DNA from: Antedon mediterranea
Lineage: Eukaryota > Animalia > Echinodermata
Assembly: GCF_964355755.1 (NCBI RefSeq)
Contig: NC_092672.1
Span: 21,775,237-21,839,236 of the forward strand
Direction: 5' to 3'
DNA: 64,000 nucleotides
Positions 27,033 to 40,400 of the stretch are shown here, piece by piece. Made by a program: the position numbers and the translations under genes. Within the stretch, counting starts at the first letter, position 1. The number at the start of each line of letters is the position of its first letter. Under the pieces are notes generated by a model. That model worked only from the letters and a program-made list of their open reading frames with translations. It was not told the DNA's origin and searched no databases.

Positions 27033-27785
27033 CATCATTTGTTGAAAAAGAACCTTGTACTTTTCTAGCAGCCCTCTTTTACTCCATTGACTCCATACAC
27101 ACTGCTAGACTACTCAGAAACCTACATCTCACTGCCCACTGTATGTTATCAATGGGGGAGCACTGCTACATCAAACCTCTTGGCCCGAAACATCAACATT
27201 TCAAGACATTTATTATGTACCATGTATGTTTGTTACGTTATGTGAAGGCAAAGTAAACTCTTTGTGTTTAATGGCTATAATTATGGGCCGTAGGTAAATT
27301 TGGTTTAGGAAAAGGTGTTGGTCTTAAAAATCATCACATCACAGTTGGAGTTGTATGTCAAATTCTGTAAACAAACAGTTTCCATAAAAAAAAGAAAACA
27401 TTGCATCAGGAATTTGGCATTGGTAGCTATACAATGGAGACAGCCTACTTTTCTTTGAGAAAGTTGCAAAAAGCAAATCTATTCCCTTGCTGCAAAATTT
27501 CATTTTGTGAGTCTTTATTACCAGGTATAGCAGTGGATAGGAAATACTCTTCAACCCATAGGGATGGAAAGTATTGATGACAAATTTACTACCAGCACCA
27601 GAGAAACTAATAAAGTTGATTAGATGTACCTGTTGTAAATAAGGTTGTAGTAAAATGAATTGCAGTTGCAGAAAACATGGTTTGGACTGTTTCACTATTT
27701 TTTAAGAATGCCATGGCATCAGCACATGCTCAATTCCCCACCAATAGATGGAGGATGAGGTACTGACAAGATAAAAGTGAAATTA

Positions 27786-28124
27786 CCGCATTTATTTGAA
27801 TAAATGCCCTTGGTGGTTGATTTTTAAGAAGGGTAGTGGGGGCGTGTAATCGTCGTGAGGAGTTTATTCGGAGAGGCGTTTATTTTTGTGGGTGTAATGT
27901 GGTAACATGTATAATCAAATAAATACACCCTTTAGATATGAACAAATACAACACCATCATGTCATTCAGTGAATTCTATTACAAATAGAAATGTGTTAAA
28001 ATACAATATTGTGTATAATATGCATGTGGCGGGGCGTACATTCGAGGAAATAAATTCAAAATGATGTCCGATGGGGGCGAGGGAGGGGGTGCGGTGGTGT
28101 AGGTTATTCAAAATATTATACCAG
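27786..28124. mobile_element. Degenerate TA-flanked MITE (Tc1/mariner-like)
   Basis: TA|CCGCATTTATTTGAATAA ... TTATTCAAAATATTATACCAG|TA, with internal GGGGCG(T/G)-TATTCG motifs. The TIR match is weak. Confidence 0.35.
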
Positions 28125-29030
28125 TATAGGGTACAGTAGTTTTAGTCACTTTTAAAAATGAAAATCCTTGAAACAGCACTCAATGGGGTATTGTTTTATA
28201 TTAGGAAATAACATCATATTGTCTACATATACTCCCGAAAATAGCCAATTGGGGAGAGGGGATAGGGGGACAGACTCCCTCACCCTTCCCATATTATCTC
28301 CCATCCCTATACCCCTCCCCACTGGCACCACCAATGTTGTAATATATTGTTATAACAGTAGTACAAATGTAAATGAACTGATTTATTATTAGACACCGTA
28401 ATCCTATGCATTAAGCATAGGAAGGACTGTGTTTTATATATTATAACAATAGGGATATATCTAGATATTTGTTTTGCGGCCATTTTCTAATTAACAGCAC
28501 TTAAAATAATGTGTATATTGTAGTTCAGATCTACGAAACTGTAAAGAAATATAAAAATCATTGTAAAAACTGCTATAAAGTGGTAATTAGATCTACTATT
28601 TATGTTTTTTGTCCTTTTTTAGGCATTTTCGCCATTGGCGGCCATTTTCTTTTAAAAACCCTATTTCCCCTACCTGGATTTTTCTAGACTTTTAATATGT
28701 TCATATAGGGACCTTATAGAAATGCATTGTGGTGAAATAAATTCTGTTGCAATTTTTTCAACCATATTTCATAGTTTTCCTGTACTATATTGATGTTTGT
28801 TCATCAGGACATTAAACTTAATTATGATGTCATTATGCCTAAGTATGTGAATATGTATCCCCGCTGGATGAAGTATGTAGGCCTATTTTTATTTATTAAA
28901 TTTACAGCATTGTTATTACATGTTATTGTTAAGATAATAAAATTAATAAGCAGTATAGAGATTCAGCCACTGATTACCACAGCATTGTCATTTTTTATTG
29001 AAGTCGCGTCATTTTTTTAAAAGTAGTTAA

Positions 29031-29396
29031 TAGGGCAGCTTTCGAAACACACAACGCTGTGATTATCGATATGCAAAAGACTGTGAAATCCTACTGCGTA
29101 TGCGAGAGCAAAGCCAGTTTGTTCGGCTGATTTGGCGTATGCCTGGAAGACACGAAAAATATTTAAGAACTGTTGTGTTATGACAATGTGTTATTAAAGT
29201 AGACACTAGTAGGGAAATGCGATCATCATCATGAATCATGGTGATGGCAGGTGCTTTGGTAGCGATCATGTTACAATGACCTGATCGCGTTCTCATAAAA
29301 TTGAAACAGTTTATAATTCGTGACGCGAAAAGCATGCAACGGTATCCATGGTTGACTGACTTCCGCGTCTCGCGTCGCCACTTCGAAAGCCCACTA
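29031..29396. mobile_element. MITE (TAGGG...CTA type)
   Basis: TAGGGCAGCTTTCGAA is mirrored by TTCGAAAGCCCACTA. Confidence 0.6.
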
Positions 29397-31264
29397 TTGC
29401 CATACCGGAAGTACCTTTATCAGGGAATTCCCCCAGATGGTCACATTTAACGTGTGTTTACCAGCGGAAAAAGTAGACTATGATCTTTTTACCAATTGTT
29501 AACACGCTATGGGAGTGTCATTTCCGGCCAACTATAGGTGCCATTTATCATAAATTTTACGTGTGGTGTCATTTTTTGCTTCACCACAGGTCTCACCTGT
29601 GCCTCATGTACTTGGTGACTGGTTGCGTCCCTTCCCCCCTTTACTACAAGGCTGGATCCGCCCTTGTTTATGATGAGCAACAATGCCTGTTTTCTGTGTG
29701 GTAGAAGTAAATATGATTGCAACTTCATTGTCCTTGTACCTCCTTGTACACACCTTGAAATTAAATTGCATAAATGAATAATTAAATATCAAAATGATTA
29801 ATATTAAACATAATGTTAGTCCATCATGTACTTCATATTTCATATCATAAAACGCTACCAGGCACTAATAATAGAATTAGAAGCCAGGTTTGTCCTGTCA
29901 CATCTGGACCGAATCGTCCTGAATTCAACTAGTTATAGTAGCCTAGGCCTTGTAAGTAACGTAATGCTAAACCTAACCTAGTGTTAATTACATGCATTTG
30001 GTGTTTCAAGCTTATTTTTGGATGAACCAACCATACTTACCATCCTTTCGAAAAGTTTGAAATGTGCGCCGAGCACATGCTATCTCTCAATATTTGCTAG
30101 CGATGACCTCTAAGTGATCTGATTGTGACGCAAGATTTATCGAATGCAGCATTTGGCAACTTGCAAATAATTTAGTCTGAAAACACATTTTTTGTAAATG
30201 TGCCGTTCTAACATCGCTTAATAAATAAAAGGAACTAAAAGGTGTCCCAGCTCAAACGGCGCTAGCGGTTTTATTATATTAGGAGAAGATGGAGTAAATA
30301 GGCTTAATTGGATTGATTAGGCCACATAAAACCTCCTTTTTAAAAAACTTTTTTTTGTAAAGTTGCCAAAGAAACACCACTGAAAAGGTCATTTTTTACT
30401 TTTATAAATTGCTAAATTGTGTGTGCGGCCAAATATTATTTGAAAGGTATTAAAACCCATTTCTAGACTGGTATTTTGTTTGGATATCGTGCATGAAACT
30501 ACCCCTACAGCATCGCAAAGAATATTAATAGTTCTGAAGATTTTTTTTGTAATTATGATTTTATATCATTAAGTATGTCACGGCAACATTGCCAGTGGGT
30601 TTGGTGTGTTGTGGAGGGTGGACTCAAGACAAGAATAATATACATATAAAACACTATAATATTATATGTCCAGATTATCTACAGGTGAATTATCTTCATG
30701 AGTCCATTTTCAATTTTACGTCGAAATACAGTACTCTTTGTTCATGTCACTCCCATATTTCCACTTCATCTTATCCATAATTTCTTCGGTGATTTCTCTG
30801 ATGTTTTCTAAGCTTAATCTTCTTAATTTGGCACTTCTCTATTCTCAAGTGGCACTGTAACACAGACAAATATTACCATAGTATACAGTTCATTTACAGT
30901 ACCCTATAACATTCATTAGACCAACAATCTATTTTATAAATATAACTATATTCTACTTACAATGCAGCCTAATTCATTACTCGTACGCAAATCCCAATTT
31001 CATTGTCTTATGGTGACAATGCTCACTCGCTCCCCGTTATCTACAAAAAGACTGTATGCGCTACTCCGTAATCTACACAAAACATCGTTATTCAAATAAT
31101 TTGCTCATTACCATAATTATAGTGATTCAACATTTTTTGAATTACTACTTTTCTGAAATATGGTGAGGGAACTAAATGATGTATCCTGCATTGAGTAACT
31201 CTTTTAGAACAATTCTGTCCTTAACATTTTATAGTATGCAAATACAGGCTCCTGGCAAAGAAGC

Positions 31265-31728
31265 ATAAAAGTGGACGTAGTTGTGCAAACATGATGGAGG
31301 ATTTGCGACACGGATACGTCACACCAACTTATTCGTTTTTGTAAGCCAGTACAAATCGGTTTCGCATGGCAACGAAATATTGAGGGCGCCATCCAAAATA
31401 TGACTGCTGTAAATTTTAATGAAGCACAGGTATATGTTGCAATGGAGGTTGCCTATAGGCCTAGTATAGCGAGAGAGGACTTTAAAAACTGCTATTTATC
31501 AAAATTGACTTTTTTACTTAAATTACTTTCAATAAATTATCTATAATTATATTATCATGAATCATTTTTTATTCAATGCAAAGTGTGCAAAATAGATAAA
31601 AAACTATGACTGGTGATTTTTGTCAACACAAATACACTTTACGAATATCAGCTCAAAAGTTTAACAAATGTAGGCCTATGACCTATCCGTTTCCATTATC
31701 GTATTCGTAAGGTTGCGAAACCTCCATA
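31265..31728 (-). mobile_element. Diverged, inverted relative of the 16854-17335 MITE
   Basis: Right end ATCGTATTCGTAAGGTTGCGAAACCTCCATA. Internal AAAACTGCTATTTATCAAAAT and GAGGGCGCC blocks are reverse complements of the 16854 copy. Left boundary approximate. Confidence 0.7.
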
Positions 31729-34700
31729 TTATTTGGTGCCATCATATATCAACATCAATATAGGCTATGTAGAATCTGTAGCAAAACTAGCATAGATATG
31801 ACTAATTGTGCTTTTAATCAAATACTATAAAATAAAAATAGAGAATATTTAATCTTCTTTTAATGAATCACACAATCAAGTGTCAAATTGTATTCAGAGA
31901 TTTATTGAAAATTATGGTTTTAATTAATCTTTACCCAATTTGTAATAATAATGCTAAACAAAATAGGGTGAAGTTTAAACAACTTAGTGTATAAGTCATT
32001 TTTCAACTGTTATTTTCTACTTGATACTAGATTGTACCACGTCACAATGTTAGCAAACTTCCTGCTTTGTAGCCATACTTGAATTAAATGCCACTATCAT
32101 TCCAAAATAGGGATAGGCTGCTGTGTAGTGTTCACACGTTCAGTTTTGAAATTCACTAGTAAATGATAAACCTTAGTTTCTGTCTATAATAGCATTACTC
32201 CTAAAACAGCATATTAATATATGATATATATATATAAATATTTGAGAATTTGAATTTTCAATCTATTTCATATTTTCAAGAATCTGATGAGCATGACAAG
32301 TTAACAATATGAATTGCATTACATTAGATTCAAAAGAAATCATCATTATCAAATATGGAGAAAAGAGGGACTTGCCTTCATTTTAAAATTAGTTTGTCAT
32401 AACATGTTTATATACAGCCATGAAAAATAGGAATACCAATACCAAACATATAAAAAGATGGGATTTATAATTGAATGAATAGAGCACTCAAACAGACAGA
32501 GGAAACATTTTTGTTTTTGGTTATGCATTTTGTTTACCTTCAATACCCACATTCTGGGTTTCAGTAGTATATTTATGTTTTCAGTTCATATTTTATGCAT
32601 ACAAAATTGAGAACCACCAATTCATCACCATTTACACTTACATTAAAGCAAGAATTATTATTTTAGTATTTTGTTATGATGAACTAATATAATTTTATTT
32701 AAACCAATTTCAGATAAAGCTATGCATAGAAATCTTTTGAATTGCAATAAATAAACGCATGACCTTTTTGTACAACATTTAAAAAAGGCATTATAGTGAA
32801 CAAAAACTATGATGCCAAGTTGGTGCTCTTGGCAGAAATTTGTTTCAAGATTGTTGTATTTTCTTGAAAAATCAGTAGATCAGAAATATTTAAAAAACAA
32901 TAATTAAAATGAAGTTGCAACAATTTGATTATCATGGAATGTACAAAAGCCCTAAACTCATACTTACAGTGAGAGCTCACACAGTAGACCCTATCATAGA
33001 GGCTTACACTATGTATCAAGGTCTACTCGCCCTAATTTGGCCAACATTTTCGGCAGCTAGAACTGTATTGGCCACGAAACATTAATTACATTACTCAAAA
33101 TTTGCTCCACCTTAATTCTTAATTATACTAATTCATATTATAGTTATATGTTTCAAATGAAAAAATGGATAGCTAAGATTGTTTTAAATTTTAAGAAATG
33201 CAGAGAATAAGCATAATAATTATATTTGAACATAATGAACAACTACCTTTTTAGGTAGTCTTTATTGTACATTTTTAATATCCTAGATGTTGGTAAAGTA
33301 CTTTGGAAGAATCCTCTCTCACTTCTCATCTGTTGTGCTGGCATACATATTTTATTTGTTTTATTCTTTGACTTCATTTATATATTATTTTTTATTTATT
33401 TATTGTCAATTGTGAAACATTCTAAGCATACCATTATTTTAAAACATTTTCTTATCTTATTTTATGCAATGTTTTTATATTCTTCAATTTTCAACAACAG
33501 CTAGCTATTTAAAAAAGAAAGAAAGTTGATTGAATATAATTATATGTAATTTTTTCATAAAATTCAGTTGATGATCACTGGTTTAAAAAAATGAAATAGT
33601 TAATACAGTATTTAAAATGAATTAATGAAAACAATTATGCATTTCTTCAGTGGCCGCAAATCGTAACTGGCTGGCCTCTTAATTTATTTTAAATTCAGGT
33701 TTTTCAAAATGTAACTTTATCAATAAAATGATCCAATATTGGGAAATAAGTAAATAATATTCTAATTTTAGCTATTAATTATGTGAAAATCATTACATTT
33801 CAGGCCTCTAATCAGTCTCTGGCATACTTATTACAGTAGTAACTTTATTAAAACAAACACAAGATTGACATGATGATATGTTTGTCGCGAAAGCATAACG
33901 GTGTATTTCCTATCAGAAAGTTTTTAAATGAGATAATGTTCCTCAAAATGTCTAGACTATAAAATGTTCACTATAACAATTTGTCCTGATCAATTTTAAA
34001 TTTGAGTGCTAAATAAAACTTGTCTGCTAAATCTAAAAAGTTTTCTTCATCTTTCTGAGATAAAACATTATTTGAATGTCTTTCTGATGAATTTGACAGT
34101 AAAACAAAGGTAATTTCATTGCAAACCCTTGTTTATATCACCATGGTTAAAGACCGTTTTAAAGAAGACTCAATAGGCCAAATTTGTTTTTGTTACGTTT
34201 CATGTCCAGGATTTGAATTTTTTATTTTTTATTTGAGAAATGTACAAAATATGTGAAAGATGGTCTTACAGTTCAGTTGTGTTACATACCTTAGAGTGCG
34301 TAATAAATCCTTCATTTTGGTTTTTTTATTACCATTAAAATATACAATGTAGCTAATAGATTAAAAAGTCATCCATCTCCAAAATTTGATTATGAAGGAA
34401 ATGTGAAACTAATTAACAATTTGTTTTTATTTATTTTATCTTTCATATGTTATTATTCTATGATTTATATTATACTACAGCTTGTGTATCTCTCAGTGTT
34501 CCTTCTTCTTTTTTTTAAATTAATTCCCTTTTGCAGCAATGTCAAATACCTACGTACTTTAATTATTATTTACAAACTTTCTTATTTACAAACGCCGGTA
34601 AAATCATAACTAAGTTTGTTTACACTTGATATACTTACTTTCTGCAATGTAAATTATAATATTTAAAGTACATGCGGAACAATAAAGTTAAATTGATTAA

Positions 34701-35610
34701 TCATTAATACTCCTCACACTTTAATATTTAAATTTATTAATCAAATACTGTAATTTAATAATATTGATAATGTGCCAAATTGTTAAGTTAAATTGAGATT
34801 TGCTATTCTCTTAAAAACAAAAAACCAATATATTCTTAGGCTAAATCTTTCATAATTGATTTTAAATTGTATTTTTAAGTGTATATGGTCATTATTACAG
34901 TTATGATCATACTTCAGTTGAAAATAATTTCCATTAAACAATTCTATAAGAGAAGAAGCACACTACGTGCAATAGCTTACCAGTATTTTCAGGTAATTCA
35001 TTGAAATTATATCCTGCATTAATATCATTGCAATTTATTTATTTTTTTATTTATTCAATTTCTGCCATATACATAACAAAGAAGACAAAACATTGTTATA
35101 AAAGGAGGCACGGAAAGACCAAACAGGTGCTAAACACCTATGCTAGTTGGTCAATCCAGAACAGAGAAAAATAAATAAATTACGTTCTACAATAACAGCA
35201 TCGACAAGAAAGCGACCAACTACACACATTTTCAATATCAAAATTATTATACTACTATATAATTTGAATTCAAGCAAATTATGTAGTTAGACAGGGGTAA
35301 TAATGTCAGCTGCATTACATCAAATCAAGACATTTTAATACAATCACACTGCTAGAAACAATGGTCAATCCAATTAATTGTGGTACCAATATGTCCCTCA
35401 TAAAGAATGGAAAAATAATAATAATGGATAAATAAATCACATATAACTTAAAAATCATAGCACATGGGCGGTACTCACCAATTTTCATATTTGTTGCTCA
35501 TGCCAAAATGTAAAACCACTAATGCTAGAGAATTTATTTGTTACAGACTTATGGCAAAATCAGCATTGTATTAAACTATCACATGGAAGTTTTCAAATAT
35601 TATATACTAT

Positions 35611-35686
35611 GGCCCTATTTCTGCTGCCAAGAATATACACACTGTATATTATTTTATATGGTATTTTTGTGGCAGCAGAAATGGGT
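35611..35686. repeat. Short inverted repeat (hairpin)
   Basis: ATTTCTGCTGCCA ... TGGCAGCAGAAAT around an AT-rich spacer. Confidence 0.7.
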
Positions 35687-35751
35687 CTCATAAAAAATAT
35701 ACTGTATAAACATGGAGCTATAAAATTATGGAACGCCTCCTCTGCCTTCAG

Positions 35752-36203
35752 TTCACATTTATCATGCAGTACACACCAATCGTCATGCAGTACACACCAA
35801 TCGTCACGCAGTACACACCAATGGTCATGCACTACACACCAATCGTCATGCAGTACACACCAATCGTCATGCAGTACACACCAAACATCATGCAGTACAC
35901 ACCAATCGTCATGCAGTACACACCAATCGTCATGCAGTACACACCAATCGTCATGCAGTACACACCAATCGTCATGCAGTACACACCAATGGTCATGCAG
36001 TACACACCAATTGTCATGCAGTACACACCAATCGTCATGCAGTACACACCAATCGTCGTTCACATTTATCATGCAGTACACACCAATCGTCATGCAGTAC
36101 ACACCAATCGTCATGCAGTACACACCAAACATCATGCAGTACACACCAATTGTCATGCAGTACACACCAATCGTCATGCAGTACACACCAATCATCATGC
36201 AGT
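35752..36203 (+). repeat. 21-bp tandem array in the left foldback arm
   Basis: About 20 copies of TCATGCAGTACACACCAATCG with variants. Confidence 0.95.
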
Positions 36204-36536
36204 CAAATATTGCGTAATTTATACCGCCACCTATCGACAAAATCGAATATCACGTGAGGTTTATTAGACGGCTGTAAAACTAAGACTATTTAAACTTCTT
36301 TTATGGAATTCAATAATTGCAATGGCCTCCTAGCCGCGCCTGTGTCTCGCATAATAAATTATTGTATATATAAAAAACAGAGCATTCACAGAGATGTGTA
36401 GCGGTTAAAATAAGTACAGTATGTCAAACATAAAAGAAATCTTAGAGTCGATGGCCTAATTTTACAGCCGTCTAATAAACGTCACATGATATTCGATTTT
36501 GTCGATAGGTGGCGGTATAAATTACGCAATATTTCA

Positions 36537-36899
36537 CTGCATGACGATTGGTGTGTACTGCATGACGATTGGTGTGTACTGCATGACAATTGGTGTGTAC
36601 TGCATGACCATTGGCGTGTACTGCATGATGTTTGGTGTGTACTGCATGACGATTGGTGTGTACTGCATGATGTTTGGTGTGTACTGCATGACGATTGGTG
36701 TGTACTGCATGACCATTGGTGTGTACTGCATGACGATTGGTGTGTACTGCATGACCATTGGTGTGTACTGCATGATAAATGTGAACGACGATTGGTGTGT
36801 ACTGCATGACCATTGGTGTGTACTGCATGACCATTGGTGTGTACTGCATGACCATTGGTGTGTACTGCATGACGATTGGTGTGTACTGCATGACCATTG
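36537..36899 (-). repeat. 21-bp tandem array in the right foldback arm (inverted)
   Basis: About 17 copies of CGATTGGTGTGTACTGCATGA, the reverse complement of the left array. Confidence 0.95.
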
Positions 36900-36900
36900 T

Positions 36901-37417
36901 TGTGCTGCCCTCGATAACGGTCGCGTCTTCTAGACAGCCAGATAACCAAATAAGACACTAGATGTACATATAGTTAGAGTTTCGTTACTAACGTTTATTA
37001 TGCGTCGTATCGTAGTATATTATATTGGTAAAACTGTGGAGGATTACAAAGAAAAACATTATCTAGACTACATTAAAAATAGCAATACAGCGTACAAACA
37101 TTGTATTTAGCTGTTTAAGCAAAAAAGGTAACGTAAATGCTAATCATATATAACTGCTATACTAACCTAAATTAATTAATATCTTTAATTGCTATAACAT
37201 TTCAACAAAGGTTTAGGCATCAATGGTAGAATTATGCCTTATATGCATTAAGACTAGGAATGAATTAACAATAAATCATCGTCCTAGATTGTAGACTGTA
37301 ATTATTAAAATAGATACTGTACATGTATAGCCAGTACTATATAAAGTAGTAACTTGATTAAATAATATATATGGACCTATATATGGCCTAATTAAAAGTT
37401 AAAATAACAATTATAAA
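36901..37417 (-). repeat. LTR1, first segment
   Basis: Matches 56510-57024 (with a 2-bp insertion) and breaks after TTATAAA. Confidence 0.95.
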
Positions 37418-40400
37418 CTAGAATTTAATTCGTCACTTTGACGAATTATAGGTGATCATTTTTATCATTTTAATGACATTTATTTTTTTTAAACATGTGC
37501 GTTATACATTAGTTAGTTAATACCATAAAAATGAGGTCAAAATTGTCGAATCTGAATCGTTGATTTCTTGATCAGAGAGTTTTATCAAAGAACTTGTAAT
37601 GTTATAAGTTCTTGGGTTTTATCCATTCAGCAGTTGGTTGTTTTTTGTGATGGACCACGACAATGAGGGTGTCATCACCTTTTCAGAGTCAGAGCCATAT
37701 ATTTATATGAAACAACTACTTTTTAAATTGTACAGTATATACTGTATATCTATATACAGTGTAGCATAGGTGAAATTACGGGACCCAAATCATGTTCTAA
37801 TTTTTTGGTATGATGGAATTATCAAAATAAACTCAAAGATGACAATTTCGAAAGATAATGAATTGAGCAAATAAATATAAGAATTGGAAGAGAATCTGGC
37901 ACGTAGAAGCGCTGTGCGCGCTCTTTGAAATTTGTATAACTTTGACGAAAAAGATGAAAAAACTACTTTTTAACTTCATCTGGCCATATGTTAACGTCAC
38001 AACATCCGATAGGCTTGGTTTTTATATGAATTCATATCTACATTTCATCAGCTTTCTTAATAAATTATAATCATCAAGGTAACCTTCAATTCTGAAGAGC
38101 TGTAAGATATTCAATTTACGGCGAAGGTGAAATTACACCACCTACGTTATTCAAGTTTTTACGCGTGATGACGTCATCAAAATGACAACACTGACAACTT
38201 ATGAGAAAGATAAATAATTAAGCAAGCACACACTGAAATTTGTGCGAAAATCGAGGTCAAATAGCGGAGATGCGCTCTATTGAATGTGATAACCTACACA
38301 AAACGGAAAAAAATCCTAATTGTTAAATTCAAGTGGCCTTTTGATGACGTAATACCATTTTGTACGTCTAATGTGTATACACATTTATATCTACAACTCA
38401 ATGGCTTCCCGAATAAGTTAAAAAACTTAGGGGTCATCGTACATTCTGAAGAGTTATTTTCATTTTAAAAAAGACATATTTTTCACCATTTTCAGAACTT
38501 TTGTGAAATAAATGTGCGCATTTTGTCATTTTTAACGTGCTCGTATACCGTTATTTTAAGTCGGAATGGACTCAAGATCAGTGAATGTACTAAGAATTGT
38601 GAGTAGAATGTGATTTATACATCAAATTTCATTTTTTACGCCTTCTCAGAATCGCGTACGCAAAAACGTGTTTTTGCGCAGTAATTTTTTGAAACACGCA
38701 AATGGCCTAATTCATGCTCTAAGTTGATCAAAACTTAATTTTGAGCTTTTTAAATTTTTAACGCGCGATTTCACGCACATGACCTTGAAACGCACAAGTT
38801 TTTATTTGTTAATATTTTTACCCTTCACCTGAAGTTTACGTATAGTGAATTTTCTTGATATGTGATAAAGAGTTAGGGAGATATGATTGATAGTGTGATT
38901 TCACAAAATCGCGTATACGTGACGTCACGGATGAGTGATCACGCTGAAAAGCTTATTATGGCTAAGTTAAAGTATTTGAAAGACATTGTGAAATTTTTAT
39001 GATCATTGTTATTCAACTTTTTGAGATAATTGACGAACAAAAAGTGTACAGAAAGAAGAATAATAACAACTAGAATTTAATTCGTCACTTTGACGAATTA
39101 TAGGTGATCATTTTTATCATTTTAATGAAATTAACATTGTTTAAACATGCACGTACGTTAACATACCATCGTAAAAAGTTGATGTACGCCATCCTATGAC
39201 ATGATGCATATACACTTATAGCGCTGAGTGGTGCCTATTATGTGTCATATACAATATGTACAGTATTTACTGTATATCTATATACAGTGTAGCATAGGTA
39301 AAATTATGGGACCCACATCATGTTCTAATTTTTTGTTATGATGGAATTATCAAAATAAACTCGAAGATTACAATTTCGAAAGATAATGAATTGAGCAAAT
39401 AAATATAAGGATTGGAAGAGAATTTGACACGTAGAAGCGCAATGCGTGCTCTTTGAAATTTGTATAACTTCGACTAAAGAAATTTAAAAACTACGTTTTA
39501 ACTTCAACTGGCCATATTATAACATCACAACATCCGATAGGCTTAATTTTTATATGAATTCATATCTACATTTTATCAGCTTTCATGATAAGTTATAATC
39601 TTCAAGGTTACCTTTAATTCTGAAGAGCTATAAGATATTCAAATGTATGGTGTAGCTGAAATTACACGACCTAGGTTATTCAAGTTTTTACGCGTGATGA
39701 CGTCATAAAAATAAAAATATTGACAACTCATGAGAAAGATAATTAATTGAGCAAGCACATACAAAAATTTGTGCAAAAATCGGGTTCAAATAACGGAGAT
39801 GCGATCTTTTGAATGTGATAACCCACACAAAAAGATAAAAATTACTATTTTTGTAATTGAAGTGGCCATTTGATGACGTAATTCCATTTTGTACGTCTAA
39901 TGTGTATATACATTTATATCTACAACTCAATGGCTTCCCGAATAAGTCAAAAAACTTAGGGGTCATCGTGCATTCTGAAGAGTTATTTTCATTTTAAAAA
40001 AGACATATATTTCACCATTTTCAGAACTTTTGTGAAATTAATGTGCGCATTTTGTCTTTTTTAATGTGCTCGTATACCGTTATTTTAAGTCGGACTGGAC
40101 TCAAAATCGGAGAATGTACTAAGGATTGTGTGTAGAATGTGATGTATACATCAACTTTCATTTTTTACGCTTTTTAAGGATTGCGTGCGCAAAAACGTAA
40201 TTTTGCGCAGTAATTTTTTGAAACACGCAAATGGCCTAATTCATGCTCTAAGTTGATCAAAACTTAATTTTGAGCTTTTTAAAATCTTTACGCGCGATTT
40301 CACGCGCATGACCTTGAGACGCGCGAGTTTTTATTTGCTAATATTTTTTACCTTGACCTGAAATTTACGCGTAGAGAATTTCATAAATATGTGATAATCA

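Larger units (their letters stand above)
24664..28787. mobile_element. Academ-like non-autonomous foldback element
   Basis: Termini TAGTACAGGAAA / TTTCCTGTACTA with 3-bp TSD TAT. Long TIRs: ~24664-24860 plus 25950-26165 versus ~28380-28787. An internal relic reads LLFIHGIQGCDATSHLFGKKKG and LQPTDWG...MTNLPP, an XPG/H3TH-type segment as in Academ transposases. Confidence 0.7.
24540..28875 (+). pseudogene. hAT transposase C-terminal dimerisation-domain relic, split by the Academ-like insertion (pieces ~24540-24663 and 28791-28875)
   Basis: The joined sequence reads LLMTINPATSASAERENLALETVQNYL*GTIMEDRLNALLLMFVHQDIKLNYDVIMPKYVNMYPRWM, matching hATC P.TS.S.ERSFS.L...K.YLRSTM...RLN.L.L..VH. Confidence 0.75.

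Noticed and set aside
35752-36899. CRISPR-like appearance of short regular repeats
   Set aside because: The units are contiguous with no unique spacers, there are no cas genes, and the context is eukaryotic.
35522-36958. Overlapping 70-231 aa ORFs with MQYTPIV / CSTHQSS / HAVHTNR repeats
   Set aside because: They are produced by a stop-free 21-bp array read in several frames on both strands inside transposon arms.
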